A DNA stretch of 64,000 nucleotides, taken from assembly GCA_015680685.1 (NCBI GenBank), contig MNCI01000775.1, positions 78,251 to 142,250 on the forward strand, in the 5' to 3' direction. Both the position numbers and the translations under genes were made by a program. Origin of the DNA: Gnetum montanum (lineage: Eukaryota > Plantae > Gnetophyta). This document shows positions 11,921 to 24,812 of the stretch, in pieces (position 1 is the first letter of the stretch; every line of letters begins with the position of its first letter). The notes below the pieces were generated by a model that did not search any database, was not told where the DNA came from, and worked only from the letters and a program-made list of their open reading frames with translations.

Positions 11921-14390
11921 TGAGACTAATCAATAAGGTATTCTAAGAATGGTCCAATGTTCAATTATAGGAGAACTAAATGTTGGATGTCATGAGGTTT
12001 TCTCTATTCAAGGCAGGCTTGAGTTAATGTGACCTCCAATATTTGCACTAGTCCTAGCACCTCATCTCAATGGGATTGTTCAATTAAAAATTCTTTCTCA
12101 AGAATTTCTCAGATACATTCCACTTTGGGATCCACCTAAAGAGGTCCCATTGTATGAGTTTCTACTACTAGTTCTTGGGCTTGCTCTTGCTACTCCCTTC
12201 TAACTCTTAGCCATTTATTCCTATGTTGAGATCGTATTTCTTCCTATGGGCATTTTAGTCTAGGTGCCATCTGTAATTAAAATATGACCAAGGATTAGCA
12301 CTTAATATACAACTTTGAAACATTTGGACTACATTATCTCTTAGGGTAGTTACACTTGGCTAAGTTGTGAGAATGGTTGGTTTGATTTTTTAATATTATT
12401 TCATTATTTATCTGATTAAATATGTTACTAGAGTATGTTGGAAGGGTTTAACTCTCATAGGTTAATGATTTAATATTAATTTATTCACTAAATAATGGGG
12501 GAGTTAGAAAATTTCTAAAAAATTGTATCTCAAAAACCTAAGGTTTGTGATCCCCATGACATAAAACATACCTTTGGAAGCTGCAGGGCTAAAGAACATA
12601 GTGAATCAAACAAATAGTTTGAAAGTTATAGGCTCTAGAAGGTTTTGAGCTCTGAAAAATTAAAACAAAACCTTTTACATTTAAGGAAAATGGAGAACAA
12701 TTCCTAAGTAATGAGCACTATTTATAGAATTTTTCCCGTGTGTTGACTATGCCTTGTCGATGGGGCATAGTGGATGTGGTTAGTTGTGTTAACTACGCCT
12801 AGTTGACATGGCTATTAACCATTTTTGACCATGTTGAAATTCAAAAAATAGAAGTTTTTGAATGAAGTTGTAGCAAATTTCTGCCAAAAAAGCCAAGAAC
12901 ATAATGAAATACATGAAGAGGATTTGAGAGTACATAAAAAATGTTAAATGATTGGAGAAATATCTGAAAGAGGACATAATTAGATGCAACTAATGGGAAA
13001 TTCAAAATATTTCATTACCAAAATGTCTAAGGATAAGGGACATAACTAGCTCAACTAAGGGTTATGAAAGTGGGTCCTCTCCATAGTAGGCTTGTGCCCT
13101 TTTTGCCCTTCAATAGTATGATTAATGGTTATGAAATATTAAGGACCAAAACCTGAAGAATCTATCTAATAATTTCAATACATCAAACTAGGACATTAAA
13201 AAAAAATATAAAAACTAGTAGTAAGGTGAGTTATGGAGAGCATTGATGGATGAGATAGAGAATGGAATAAATATTTTAATCATGATCACATGAAATCCCT
13301 TGTGAATTTCATGGTGAAATAACTCAATAAAGTCCAACCTTAGCTCTAATCAAAATCATCTACTTTTAGTCACTTTGCATGGCCACTCCAAGATTGGTCC
13401 ACCTCCTCAAGACACAAGAACGATCTAAAAAATAACCAATATTTTGTATTTGAGAAGAAAAGAGAAGCATGAAGTGAGAGAGAACCTTAGTTAAAGGGGA
13501 CCTTCAAGCATTGGTAACATGTCTTTCTAGTCTTATAACCGATGCTTGTAGCCTGTGTATCTTGTCTAAGGGATGTGCATTGAATTTCTATCATGTTTTT
13601 TTTATGTTTTTTATGAATTATCTAGATGGAAACCACACCATGAAAATACTTATTCAACTTCCTATTATTGGTCAACATAGAATGGTAAAAAATCTATGAA
13701 AAACACACATGCACTCAAGCAAATAGAGAGGTACAAAGAGTATTGAATTTCCTTGAAGTCACACCCTTTTCAAAACTTTGAATCTCAACCAAGTTTGGAA
13801 ACTACGAAGGTCACAAGTTCATTAAAGTTTTATTAATGAAAATGGACCTCATAATTCCAAATGTATGAAAACCATAGATTTGGTGGATGGGTGAATGACA
13901 TGGACTTACTACCTATTTCATGAAAAGAAAACCTATCCTAGTCATTGGTCATCAAAATTCAAAAATATAAACTAGACATTAGCAATAAGAAAAATTAGGT
14001 ATAAACCACCATTAATAAACAACTTCAACACCACTCAGTCTTGTTGGCAATAAAGCATTTTTATTAGAAGACAAGAGAAATCCATACCAAAATATAGTAT
14101 ACAAGAAATTGTAAAATTATTCAAGGAGAATAAAACATATTAACAATGGTTTAAAACAAAAATTTGGAAAAATAATAAAGTATAAAACAAAAATGGTATA
14201 AAAACAAATAAATTGTGAAGAAAAAAGTGTGAAAACAAAAAATGTAAACAAATTGAGAAGCTGTTTATATAGTTAGCATGGATGACCATCTCCTCCATGA
14301 TGATTTCAAAGATTGAGCATGGTTGTTGATCTAATAAGACATTGATTGCACTAGCTTGCATGGTTTCATGGAAAAGTTTGACTTGTTATG
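11920..14390 (-). mobile_element. Athila-like post-pol region with the start of an extra ORF (MAPRLK..., ATG near 12270)
   Basis: Lies downstream of integrase; 11950-13720 is colinear with 50530-52340. Confidence 0.65.
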
Positions 14391-17197
14391 TGTTAACCAA
14401 TTTCTTTTTGTTTAGGTTCTCATATTTGTAAATTAACATGACCCCAAAAGAAAACATTTCGTAAATGATATAAGGCCCTTCTCACAACATCTAAAACTTA
14501 GTTCGTTGAAGTATCTATGTGGGGTTCCATTAGAGAACCTTGTCTCCAAGTTGAATTTCACTTTTCTTATCCTAAGATCATGGTTTTATTTACTGAATGC
14601 TTTGTGCACTTCATTTAAAAATAGGGCTACTAATCAATTCTCATTTACGATGTTAAGGTTGATCAACATATCTTTTTGTGCTAGGTTTAGGTTAAGGCTT
14701 AGGTCATAGGCTATTGAAAGTGTGTGGAGCTTGGATTGAATTGGAAAAGTTGGTAATTGTTTGTACATCAACTCATAGGGAGAGTAGCATATAGGGATTT
14801 TTCATGTTGAGTGGTATACCTAGAGGGCATCATTAAATTTTTTACTATAGTCTTTCATATATTTGCTAATTTTTCTTATTAAGATTTTTGTGATCTCCTA
14901 ATTGGTAAAATTTTCTTGACCATTGGCTTGGGGATGGTAGGATGCTATTACTTTATGGTCAACCCACAAGTGTTTCATGAGCTTGCAAAAGGTAGCACCT
15001 ATAAAATGAGTACCATTATCAAAAATTAGTACATGTTGTACTCCAAACCTATTTATAACATATTGTTGTACAAACCATGTAGCAGTGGATGATGTATAGT
15101 TGATGATGGCTGCTACTTCTTCCCATTTCATACAATAGTTAATGATGAATATTATTTATTCCTTCATATTTTAGATGGGTGTGAATGGATCCATGAAGTC
15201 TATGACCCAGATGTTAAATGATTTCAATGGTTGGATCCAATGCTAAGATCCCTCCATTGAGTGAACTCATTGAAAATGCTCACAAGAGTGGATGAATTAG
15301 TGGACATCCTTAAAGATTGTTGGCCAGTAGTACCCTGCCATTAGGATTTTAATGGACATGCATCTCCCTGCATAGTGGCCCCCACAAGGACCCTCATGAG
15401 CATCTTAGAGAATGCATGTTTGTCAACATCAGGAACACACTAATGAACTAGGCCATTAGCACACAACTTGTAAAGATGTCCATTAATTTCCATGAAGTGT
15501 TTGCCTTGATGAAGAAACTATTTTTTCTTCCAGTGGTCTAACTCTTGTGGCATTTCTTGAGTGAGAAGATTAATGAGGATGCCATTGTACCATTTTTCTT
15601 TAGTAAGAACTTTTTCATTTATTGCTTCAACAAAAAGAAATTCATTAGAAAATTGATCAAAGAGTAGGCTCTTCTCCTCTTTTTTGTCCCATTGTACTCA
15701 AGATATTGATCAACAAACACATTCTTAGTCCCCTTTTAATTACCATTTTGAGATCAAACTCCTACAAGATCACCAGCCACTATATGACATGAGGGCTTAC
15801 TATTGATTTATTCATTAGAAAGAAAATGGCACTATGATTAGTGTGCACAAACACCTTATATCTAAGTACATAGTGCCTAAACTTCTTCAAATCATACACC
15901 ATGATCATCAACTCTTTCTTTATTGTGGTGTAATTGAGCTATGCATCCAAAATGTTTTAGCTTGCATAGTGGATGTAATATGGACATTTTTAATTATCCA
16001 CCTATATAAGGATAACTCTCAAGGCATAGTTTGATGCATTTTTCATGATGTAAACTAGATGAGAATAATCAAGTTATTGTAGAATTAGTGTCTCCACAAG
16101 ATTTTCCTTAACATGATAGAATGCCATTTTTCATTTCTTGGTCCATATGAATGGAGCATCCTTCTTTGTGGACTCGACCAATGATTTCATGATCTTAGAG
16201 AAATTCTCTATGAATTACCTATAGTATCTAGTCTATCCAAGGAATGACCAAACATATTTAATAGTTTTTGGTTGATGGGTTATTCGTTTGATGACTCAAA
16301 CCTTTTTAGGATGCACCCTAATCCCTACTTGAGAGATTCTATGCCCTAACATAATGGCCTCCTAGACCATGAGATGGCTCTTTTGCTAATTCAGCCAAAG
16401 ATTAGTCTCCATGCATCTTTTAAGCACTTGGTCAAGGTGTTCTAGGGCTTACTTGAATTTAGTGTCATAGGTGGAGAATTCATCCATAAATACTTCTGCC
16501 TCACTACTAATCTGATGCTAGAAAAATACTCAAGACAAGGCATTGAAAAGTTGTAGGGGCATTGCACAAAGCAAAGGGAATCTTTCAATATGCAAAAATC
16601 TCATAGGAACTTGTGAGTGTTATTTTGGCCTAATCCTTGGGTGCAATCTAAATTTTGTTATAGTCACTATAACCATCTAGAAAGCTATACTCTCAATGCT
16701 CATAAATAGTATCTAATACCTAGTCCACAAATGTGAATGGAAAATGATCTTTGAATATTACCATGCTTAATTGCCTAGAATAAATATAGATCCATCACTT
16801 GCCATCATATTTCTTTAGCACAATTACAAGTGGGCTAATCCACTTTTTATTTGAAACAAGATAGATGAACCCACCTTGATTTGTTATTCAATTTCCTATT
16901 TGATGATCTATTTCAATTTGGGATTTAGTTGTTGATGTAGCTATCTCTTTGGCTTCATGGCTAGATCAGTATAGATGTAATTCTAACATATCCTATTATC
17001 AATCATTGTGATTTTAGGATATGACCAAGCAAGGATTGTTAGCCATTTGTTGCAACCTTCAATAGCATTCTTTTTTACTTAGGAGCAAGGTTAGTATTAA
17101 TTATTACTAGCTTACCATTTTTCAAAAATTCATATTACATGCCAGTAGGTAGAGTTTTCAACTCTAAGGGCTCATGTTTAAAACTATCATGGACTTT
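14390..17197 (-). pseudogene. pol: Decayed Athila-like pol (RT-RNaseH-integrase), 5'-truncated by insertion of a Tat LTR
   Basis: EPLELKTLP near 17170, FLDGYSDYNKI, EVFMDEFS (~16480), HEGPCGGHYAG and YYWPTIFKD zinc finger (~15300-15400), DNGTHF...YHPQANGQ integrase core (ORF 14898-15131). Confidence 0.92.
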
Positions 17198-19041
17198 TGT
17201 AGCGACCGAAAACATCAGTGGCTAGAACACAGAGAGGTTACTGGGCCATGCCAGATAAAATAGAAGTGGGGTGCCCTGAACGGTCTAGTCAATCAGATAG
17301 GGACTTAATCAGTGTAACCTAACCTTACGTGAATGTTGTTTTGAATGCGAAATACACGAGGTAAAATTGATGATCAATACATGCAAGAATGAAGGAAATG
17401 ATGCCAAACAATGATAATAGTAAAGAGATAATAGAATAAACTCAGGTGAGAAAATGCACTACCCCAAGGTCACTGGTTTCATTCTTTGCCTTGTTTGAAA
17501 GATGTATAACAAGTTATACAATTCTAGAGGTGCATAGATAGTTCAAGAGTTACTAGAATGCTCAAAATGTGCTAGCTATGTTCTTGAATGCTAACTTAAA
17601 ATCGAACTACGCAAAAAGCCAATATGGAAAGCCAACTATGCAAAAAGCCAATCAACGAGCCAACTAAGCAATGCAAAAAGGCAACAAGACAAATGCTCTT
17701 GTCAATGCCAAAATGCCAATTCGTTGGGTGAAAATTGCTAACCAGAAAAGCCAACCCTTTGAGCATTTTTTACCGGGGTATTTATACGACCAGGAGTAGG
17801 TGAGAAATGAGGCCTAGATGCCACATGTCCTAGACCCCACGAGATGCTGACATGCCCATTCTACATAGATGTACAATGCCAATCGTGAACCTTGCTATGT
17901 TGTAACCATGTTGTCGAAACTACACATGCTAGAATCTGGTGTGCTAACAATGAAAGAAAAAATGAATTTTCCATCCTAGGACTACATCTTGCCTATCCTT
18001 ATGAATAGGATCAAGTGTAGCAAAAAATTTTCAGGGATGGACTAAGGGGTATGCTAGGTGGAACAAAGTTGCTAATCATGACAAGCTTAGTAATTACCAA
18101 CAAGTTGTAGAGCTAGCTAAAGATGTTTTGATGCCTCTGTCAACTTTGCATAACTTACACTATCTAGCACATTGAAGTAGCATAGCTAACTACTACGCTG
18201 TGCTACGCTACAGTGTAGCATAGCACATTGATGTAGTATAGCTACTTGCTATGTTGTGCTATACTATGTATCATAGCACAGCGTAGCTACCAGTTTGAAC
18301 AGGAAACTTGCGTTGGAGTCGACAACATTTTCCGAAAGCCTTGGCACACATCAGATTAACCTTTGGAGCATTTTATTGATTTCCATCTTTGCTATGCTAT
18401 GCTATGCTACGTAGCATAGCATAGTGTAGTGGCCAGTGTAACATGCATTTCTGTCAAAATTGTGAGGTTTCACAAGAAAATTTTGCTTGTGGTTTAAGAG
18501 CTAACTGAGACAAGGTAGTTTTGGAAACCACAATGCTGTTAGATGCACTCCTTTTGCCCAAATAGCTTGGCAGAGAAGTATTTGAGTGTTTTTCCCTTGC
18601 TACATTGTGCTATGCTATATAGTGTAGCTCCATATGTTTGTTGAATTCTAAATTTTCCTTGCATGAACATCTTGCCAAAACATGTATTCAGATACTTGAT
18701 TAATTTTTTGAACGCTTGCTACGCTGCACAGTGTAGCATCGTGTAGTAGGATTCTCAACTAGAAAACTTGCTAAATTGTTTTTTTAATCCTGACCACTTT
18801 TGATGATTCCTAGGATAGTTTCTGGTTAGACTATTAGCTAGGTGAATTGTCCAACTGGGTAGACCAGAGAGTCCATCAGGCCTATTAGCTTTGGAGATAG
18901 AAAACTTGCTGGACTAGATAGTCTAATCTTAGTGCCTACATTTTCCTGCCAAGTGGTCATGATGCTATACATGTGGAAGCTCTTGCCCAAATTCCAAGAC
19001 CCTAGTGAAGCAAGAGGATCTCAAAATTTTATGGTGTTTCA
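17198..19041 (-). repeat. 3' LTR of element B
   Basis: Minus strand TGAAACACC...GTCGCTACA termini; PPT-like CAAAGAGGATCTAG at 19042-19056; TATAAATACCCC near 17776-17787. Confidence 0.9.
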
Positions 19042-20414
19042 CTAGATCCTCTTTGTTGATGTTTGGAGGATGGGCATGAGAGATGTAGACAAATAGTACG
19101 AAACACCATGAAAGATAAGATGCTAACATTGCTCTTTAGTAATTGTCCAGATGTCACTTATCTATGGTTGAGAGTACCAAGATAATCATGTAGGGAAAGG
19201 GGAAAGGGTGGATCTACGACTATAGTTTCAAGAAGGGAAAGATGTAGCATAGTGTGGTCCCTCATTGGAGTGCTTGTGAGGGAGTTGATATGCATGGGCA
19301 TCTTTCTTTTGTAGGCTTCGGACCTCTCGTTGAAATGCTTAGAGATGGTCATTGTGATATAGCTAATGTGCCATTTTTTTAGGCATGTTTTTTCTTTTGA
19401 TCTTTAGCTCTTTTATGCTTTTATTTCGTTGTTTTGCGATGTTCATTTGCAAAAAACCTTGTTGCAGGTAGGTGTTTCCTCCCCAAGATGAGTTGCATTA
19501 CATTCATGTGGGGCTTTGACCTACCTATAGATTCTTCCCATGTGGCAAGTTGCATTATGCACATCATAGAATTTGCAGTTGAGCATATGGAAGGGATATA
19601 TCGGCATCAGGAAAATTCATAAATGAGGCATGAAAAGGGAAACTATGGGTTTGAGGAATGAGATGAAAAAGGTAAAAGGGGAGGGATAGGATGTGCACTC
19701 CCAAGTAGATAAGCTAGTAAGGATGACCACCTGAGAATGATGTAGTGTCCTTCCACCTTAGTGAAACATATCTTTGACCAACACCCCTTTGGCACATACC
19801 CTGCAAACACAATAGAGGAAACTAGAACAAACAACCATCAAGAAAAATGAAGGGAAATGTCTTGCTTGCTTTGGATGCTGCTGGAGCAATGGACGTTGTT
19901 GCCGAGGCATGCGATGTCCAAACCAAAAAGGCCAACAGTGGTTCTGGCAACATTAGCATGAAGGGGTTGGCACCAAGGAGGCTAGGAATTGTAGTGATGC
20001 GAGTGCTTAGGAGTTCCCACCCAAGGAAAACATTATGCACTTTAGCTATAAGGTGAGATTTCCAATAGTTGAACATATTTAGGGCTTGGGTGATGGTGGG
20101 GGTTGGAGGGTAGCAACTTTGTGGCTAGGCCACAATAATGTTGGGACTCTAGCAGTAGGTGTTGATAATGGAAGCTATTGCTAGGGCGATGGGCTATAGT
20201 GGCGATAGCTTCAAAAGGTCAGTAAGATGTTAGACAACATCTCTGGAGGATCAGCAATATGCTAGGGGAAGTGGCATTGGATATATTCCAGAGAGTATTT
20301 TCTAGGCATCATGAATTGCATTCTGGAATAGCAATGTCCCACCCTACATCAACACTATACACGCTTGCTTTCTTGTAGGGTCATGGATGCACTTTCAGGA
20401 TGTTGTGCTGCGAA

Positions 20415-20810
20415 CCAAGTTTAAGGTCTTGGTAGATAGTCTGATGTGCTGGTTTAAGGTCCCAACATATTTCTATGCTAGTTTAAGGTCCTAGCAGACT
20501 GTTGTGCTAGTTTATCATCGTAGCAGATGATTGTTGTGCTACTTTAAGATCTTAGCAGGCCACTGTGCTAGTTTATCGTCGTAGTGGATAGTCGCTATGC
20601 TAGTTTAAGGTCATAGTAGACTGCCTATGCTAGTTTTACATCATATCAAATGTAATTTTCTAGTTTTACATCATGATGGATGGTCTGTGCCAGGTTATAG
20701 TCATAGCAAACTATCTATGCCAATTTATAGTCATAGTAGACTATCGTTGTGCCAGTTTATAGTCATAGCGGACTATCCCTATGCCTGTTTATAGTCATAG
20801 AAGACTATAT
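20415..20810. repeat. 3'-UTR tandem array of element B (~30-32-bp units, core TGCTAGTTTAAGGTC / TGCCAGTTTATAGTC)
   Basis: About 13 units directly readable; reverse complement of the core in arrays 5860-6260 and 46326-46460. Confidence 0.9.
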
Positions 20811-20829
20811 GCATACCTTGCTCATGCAT

Positions 20830-23800
20830 TAGATGTAGTATGGATTAAGATATAAGTGGTTCATAGGATGAACTCTTTGTCATCCATGTCTACCAATTTG
20901 AAGGCTCTGTTCCTATAGGATTTTGTAACCATGAATGGACCTTTCCAGTTGACTAAGAACTTGTTCACATGTTCATGGACAGCCTTGAGAATGAGGTCCC
21001 CCTTTTTTATCGACTGTTGACATGGGTTTTCATGATGCTTTTGTTGTTTCCTATCTTGATATCGCTCGATGTAGCCAAGTGTTTATGCATGCTCCTCCTC
21101 TATGGAGTTGAGGTCGATGATCCTTGACTCATTGTTCTAGGCTTCGTTCATGATGCTTGACAGGATCATTCAAAGTGACGATACCTGTAGCTCAAGAGGT
21201 AACATTTCTTCAAATCTATAAACAACGCTATAAGGAGTTTTACCTATTGTTGTTCTACATGTCATTCTATAAGCCCATAGCACATAGAGGATTTTCTCAT
21301 GCCATCACCTCTTGCTGTTGCTAAGAATTTTCTTGAGAAATTTCATGAAGGCTTTATTCATAGCTTCTTCCTATCCATTTTCCTATGGGTAGTGTGGCAA
21401 GGAAAAGGATTCTTAATGCCAAGGTTGCTGTAAAATTTTTTTGTTTTTGCACTATTAAACTGTGGCCCGTTGTCTATCACAATAGTCATGGGAATCCCAA
21501 ACCTTGTCACTATGTTTTCCAATATAAAGTGGCAAACTTGTTGAGATGTAGTCTTCCTAAGGGGGATAGCCTCTTCCCACTTTGTAAAGTACTTAGTGAC
21601 AATGATGATGAAGCTATGCCTTGTGGAACACTTAGGTGTGATAGGTCCTATAATGTCTAGTCCCCATCGTTGGAATGGCCATGTGATCTATGTCAGGTGC
21701 AACTCAGTAGGTGAAACATGTATAAGATTTGCATATCATTGGCACATGTCACAAGTCTTAACTTTGGCAAGGCAATCTCATTCCATATGAGGACAGTAAT
21801 ACCCTAGGAATCTAATTTTTGCTGCCATGGACCTTGGAGCTATGTGTCCTCCACACAGTCCTTCATGAACTTCATTAATGATCTTTTGCGCTTGTTCCTT
21901 ATGCATGCTAGCAATAACCCATTAAAGGAACATTTGCATAAGGCATTATCTCCCATAAGTACATATTGTTGAGCACACTTTCGGATCACATCCCTTTGGG
22001 TAGATGTCAATCTGTGTGGGGGCTTGCCATGTTGCAAATAAGCTTTAATGTTGGCATACCACTCTTGGGTATCGGAAGTTCTTATAAAGGTAACATGTAC
22101 TGCTTGTGTGATAGGCTTCGTACACTTAGTTATCGAAGTAGGCAAAGTCATGAATAGGTGTGGTGGTACATTTAATGCTAGGATGGCCAAGGCATCTTCT
22201 ACTATGTTCTCATTACATGGCACATGTTGGACATCTGCTGTGGTAAATTTCTTGAGAAAACTTTTGGCTAGGTCGCAATAGGATTGCAAATGAGTAGATT
22301 TTTAGGCATAGACCTCAGTGATTTGATTGAAAACGAGTTGTGAATCACCTCAAATTGCAAAGAGTTGAATTTTTAAGGCTTGAGTTACTAAGAGGCCCCT
22401 AAGGAGTCCTTCGTACTCTGCCACGTTGTTCGTACAAAGGAATGTGAAACGATAAGAAAACGGTTGAATGTTCCTATAGGGGAACATAATGATGGTACCT
22501 GCACTACCACCTCACATAGTTGAGGCATCGTTGAAATGCAAAGTAGCCTTGAGATGTAATGGGATAGAGTTGATGGTGTTAACATGCTCATCAAGAAATA
22601 TGGGTTCTATGATTGCTTGATTGTTGATAGGTGAGGTTGTGAGTTGCATAGCTATGGCTTTCCCTTTCATCAACGATTGGGTCACATAATGTAAATCAAA
22701 TTCCATGATTATCGCTTTCCACTAGGCTATCCTAATGCTTTCATATAAATTTTTTGTGATAGCCCAGAGTACATTACTTTTTCATATAATGTTGAATTTT
22801 CTATGGAATAGATAATGCCTCCACTTTTTCAATACAAACACTAGGATGAGGCAATTTCTTTCCACCTCATTATACTTTGGCTCGTATGCTATCAATGCAT
22901 GACTCAAGTAATAGACTGGAATCTCAGAGCCGTCATCTCTTCTCTGACACAATAGTGCTATGATAGACATGTCTGAGGTGGCAAGGTAGATGTAGAAAGG
23001 CTTATCCCTCTACGGTGGGTAAACCATTGGGAGGTGTAAAAGCTCTTTCTTTAGGTCATCGAAGGCTTGCTAGCATTGTGTTGTTCATTAGAAGTTAACC
23101 CCTTTCTTTAGTAAGTGTTGCATGGGGTGTAAATTGTTAGTCAACTGTTCTATAAACCTTCTAATGAATTGTACCCAACCTTGCAACCCACGTAATTCTT
23201 TAAGGTTGGTAGGCGGTGCTAGATTAACGATGACCTTAACTTTGTCAGGGTCCACTTGTATTCCAACCTTTGATACTACAAACCCTAGCATGCATATGAT
23301 TTTTACCCTGAAGACATACTTCTTTGGATTGAGGAGTAAGTGATGCATTAGGTAGTGTTTGAGGACTATACCTAGATCATTGGGATGGTCATCAACCTCT
23401 TTAGATTTGATCACTATGTCATTCACATAGTCGTTTAGTGTTTCTAGGATGTAGTCACTAAAGATGTATGTCATGACTCTTTCGTAGGTTGCTCCAGAAT
23501 TTTTGAGTTCAAAAGACATCATAATGTAATAGAAGGTACCCCATGGGGTCATGAAAGTGGTTGTTAACTAATGCTCTAGGTTGATATGAGTTTGATTGTA
23601 GCCGGAGAAACTGTCCATGAAGGATATTAGAGTATGACCAGCTGTAGTGTCGATAAGTTGATCAATACTCGATAGTGGGAAGTCATCTTTGATTGTTGCT
23701 TTGTTCAGATCTTGGAAGTCGATACAAATTTGTATTCCTCTTGTTTTCTTAGAAACTACAACAATTCTCGACACCCATTCTATGTAATCAACTACCTAGA

Positions 23801-24300
23801 TGAAACCAAACTGATACAGCTTAGTGATTTCATTTTATATGACCAATGTGATCTTTGGTTTAATCTTGTGAGCCTTTTGTTTAACTACCTTCACATGTGG
23901 GTCTAAGATAATATTATGCTATATGAGCCTTAGATCTAAGCTTGACATGTTATTATAGGACCATGTGAATACCTCAATGTTGTCTTGAAGGATTTTGGAT
24001 ACATCTTTATGCATTTTTAAATCTAGGAGGGAGCTATGTTTTAATGTCTTTATTTTCCCCCTAGATGTAGTCACAGGTGTTTCAATGAGAGGATCCTTAG
24101 TTACATCCTTGACCTCTAAATATATGGCTTGGACCAGATGTTCGGGCCAGTCTGGGGATGTTTCTAAGGATGCAAAAGTGCTATCGGTGGATGATTCCCA
24201 GTCTATTGACTCTAGGTTTAATTATCTTGTAAGCTCGCAATGTGGGCCTGCCAAGGCTAAAAGTGAAGATAGATCATTATGCATGGCCATTCTTGCTCAA
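20830..24300 (-). pseudogene. pol: Decayed pol of element B: RT (~23000-23950), RNase H (~22600-23000), additional archaeal-type RNase H (~22130-22560), integrase (~20830-22050)
   Basis: ICIDFQDLNKATIKDDFPL, FMDSFSGYNQ, TPWGTFYYIMMSFELKNSGATY, DYVNDIVIKS, PVYYLSHAL; aRH LHFNDAS...CTNNVAEYEGLLRGL...GDSQLV; INT HEGLCGGH, WPFQRWGLDIIGPI, GIPMTIVIDNG, KFLVNWKGPF. Confidence 0.95.
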
Positions 24301-24424
24301 CCTACCATAATAAGATAAAAGCCAAATCAAATGATACCTGTTTGTAGCAATCAGTGCATAGTAAACATTTGCAAAGTAACAATAAGATATGAAATGGTTG
24401 AAATAATTGTGAACTATGATAGAA

Positions 24425-24665
24425 AGTTCACAAGCTACTAGTTTAAGGTCATAGAGGACTACTTGGATGTAGATTTGTAGTTTAAAATTGCTAGTTTAAG
24501 GTCTTTGCGAAGTGCTAACTTGGTAAAATTGTGAGTTGTAATTGTTAGTTTACGGTCTTTACAGATCATTAATAGGTTAGGTTTGTAAGTCAAAAAAATT
24601 AGTTTAAGGTCTTTGCTTACCGCTAATAGGTTATTCTTGCAAAGGTAAGTTGCTAGTTTAAGGTG
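24425..24665. repeat. Array of GCTAGTTTAAGGTC motifs (~55-bp period) upstream of the antisense gene
   Basis: Motif at ~24438, 24491, 24545, 24600, 24652; single homolog at ~58795. Confidence 0.8.
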
Positions 24666-24790
24666 GGACTAAATTTTTGGTTGGGCCCACCTGCTATGCT
24701 GCAAACAGTGATGCTACGCTATGGAGGGAGTGCTACGTTGTATGGAACATCCCACATTAATCAAGGTGTGAAAATGGCAATTTCTTTTCA

Positions 24791-24812
24791 CCACGTTGGC
24801 TATAAATAGGGG
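24791..24812 (+). promoter_or_regulatory. TATA box (CTATAAATAG) with upstream CCACGT, promoter of the antisense gene
   Basis: About 140 bp upstream of ATG 24943; homologous TTATAAGTAG at 59081 in copy 2. Confidence 0.6.
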
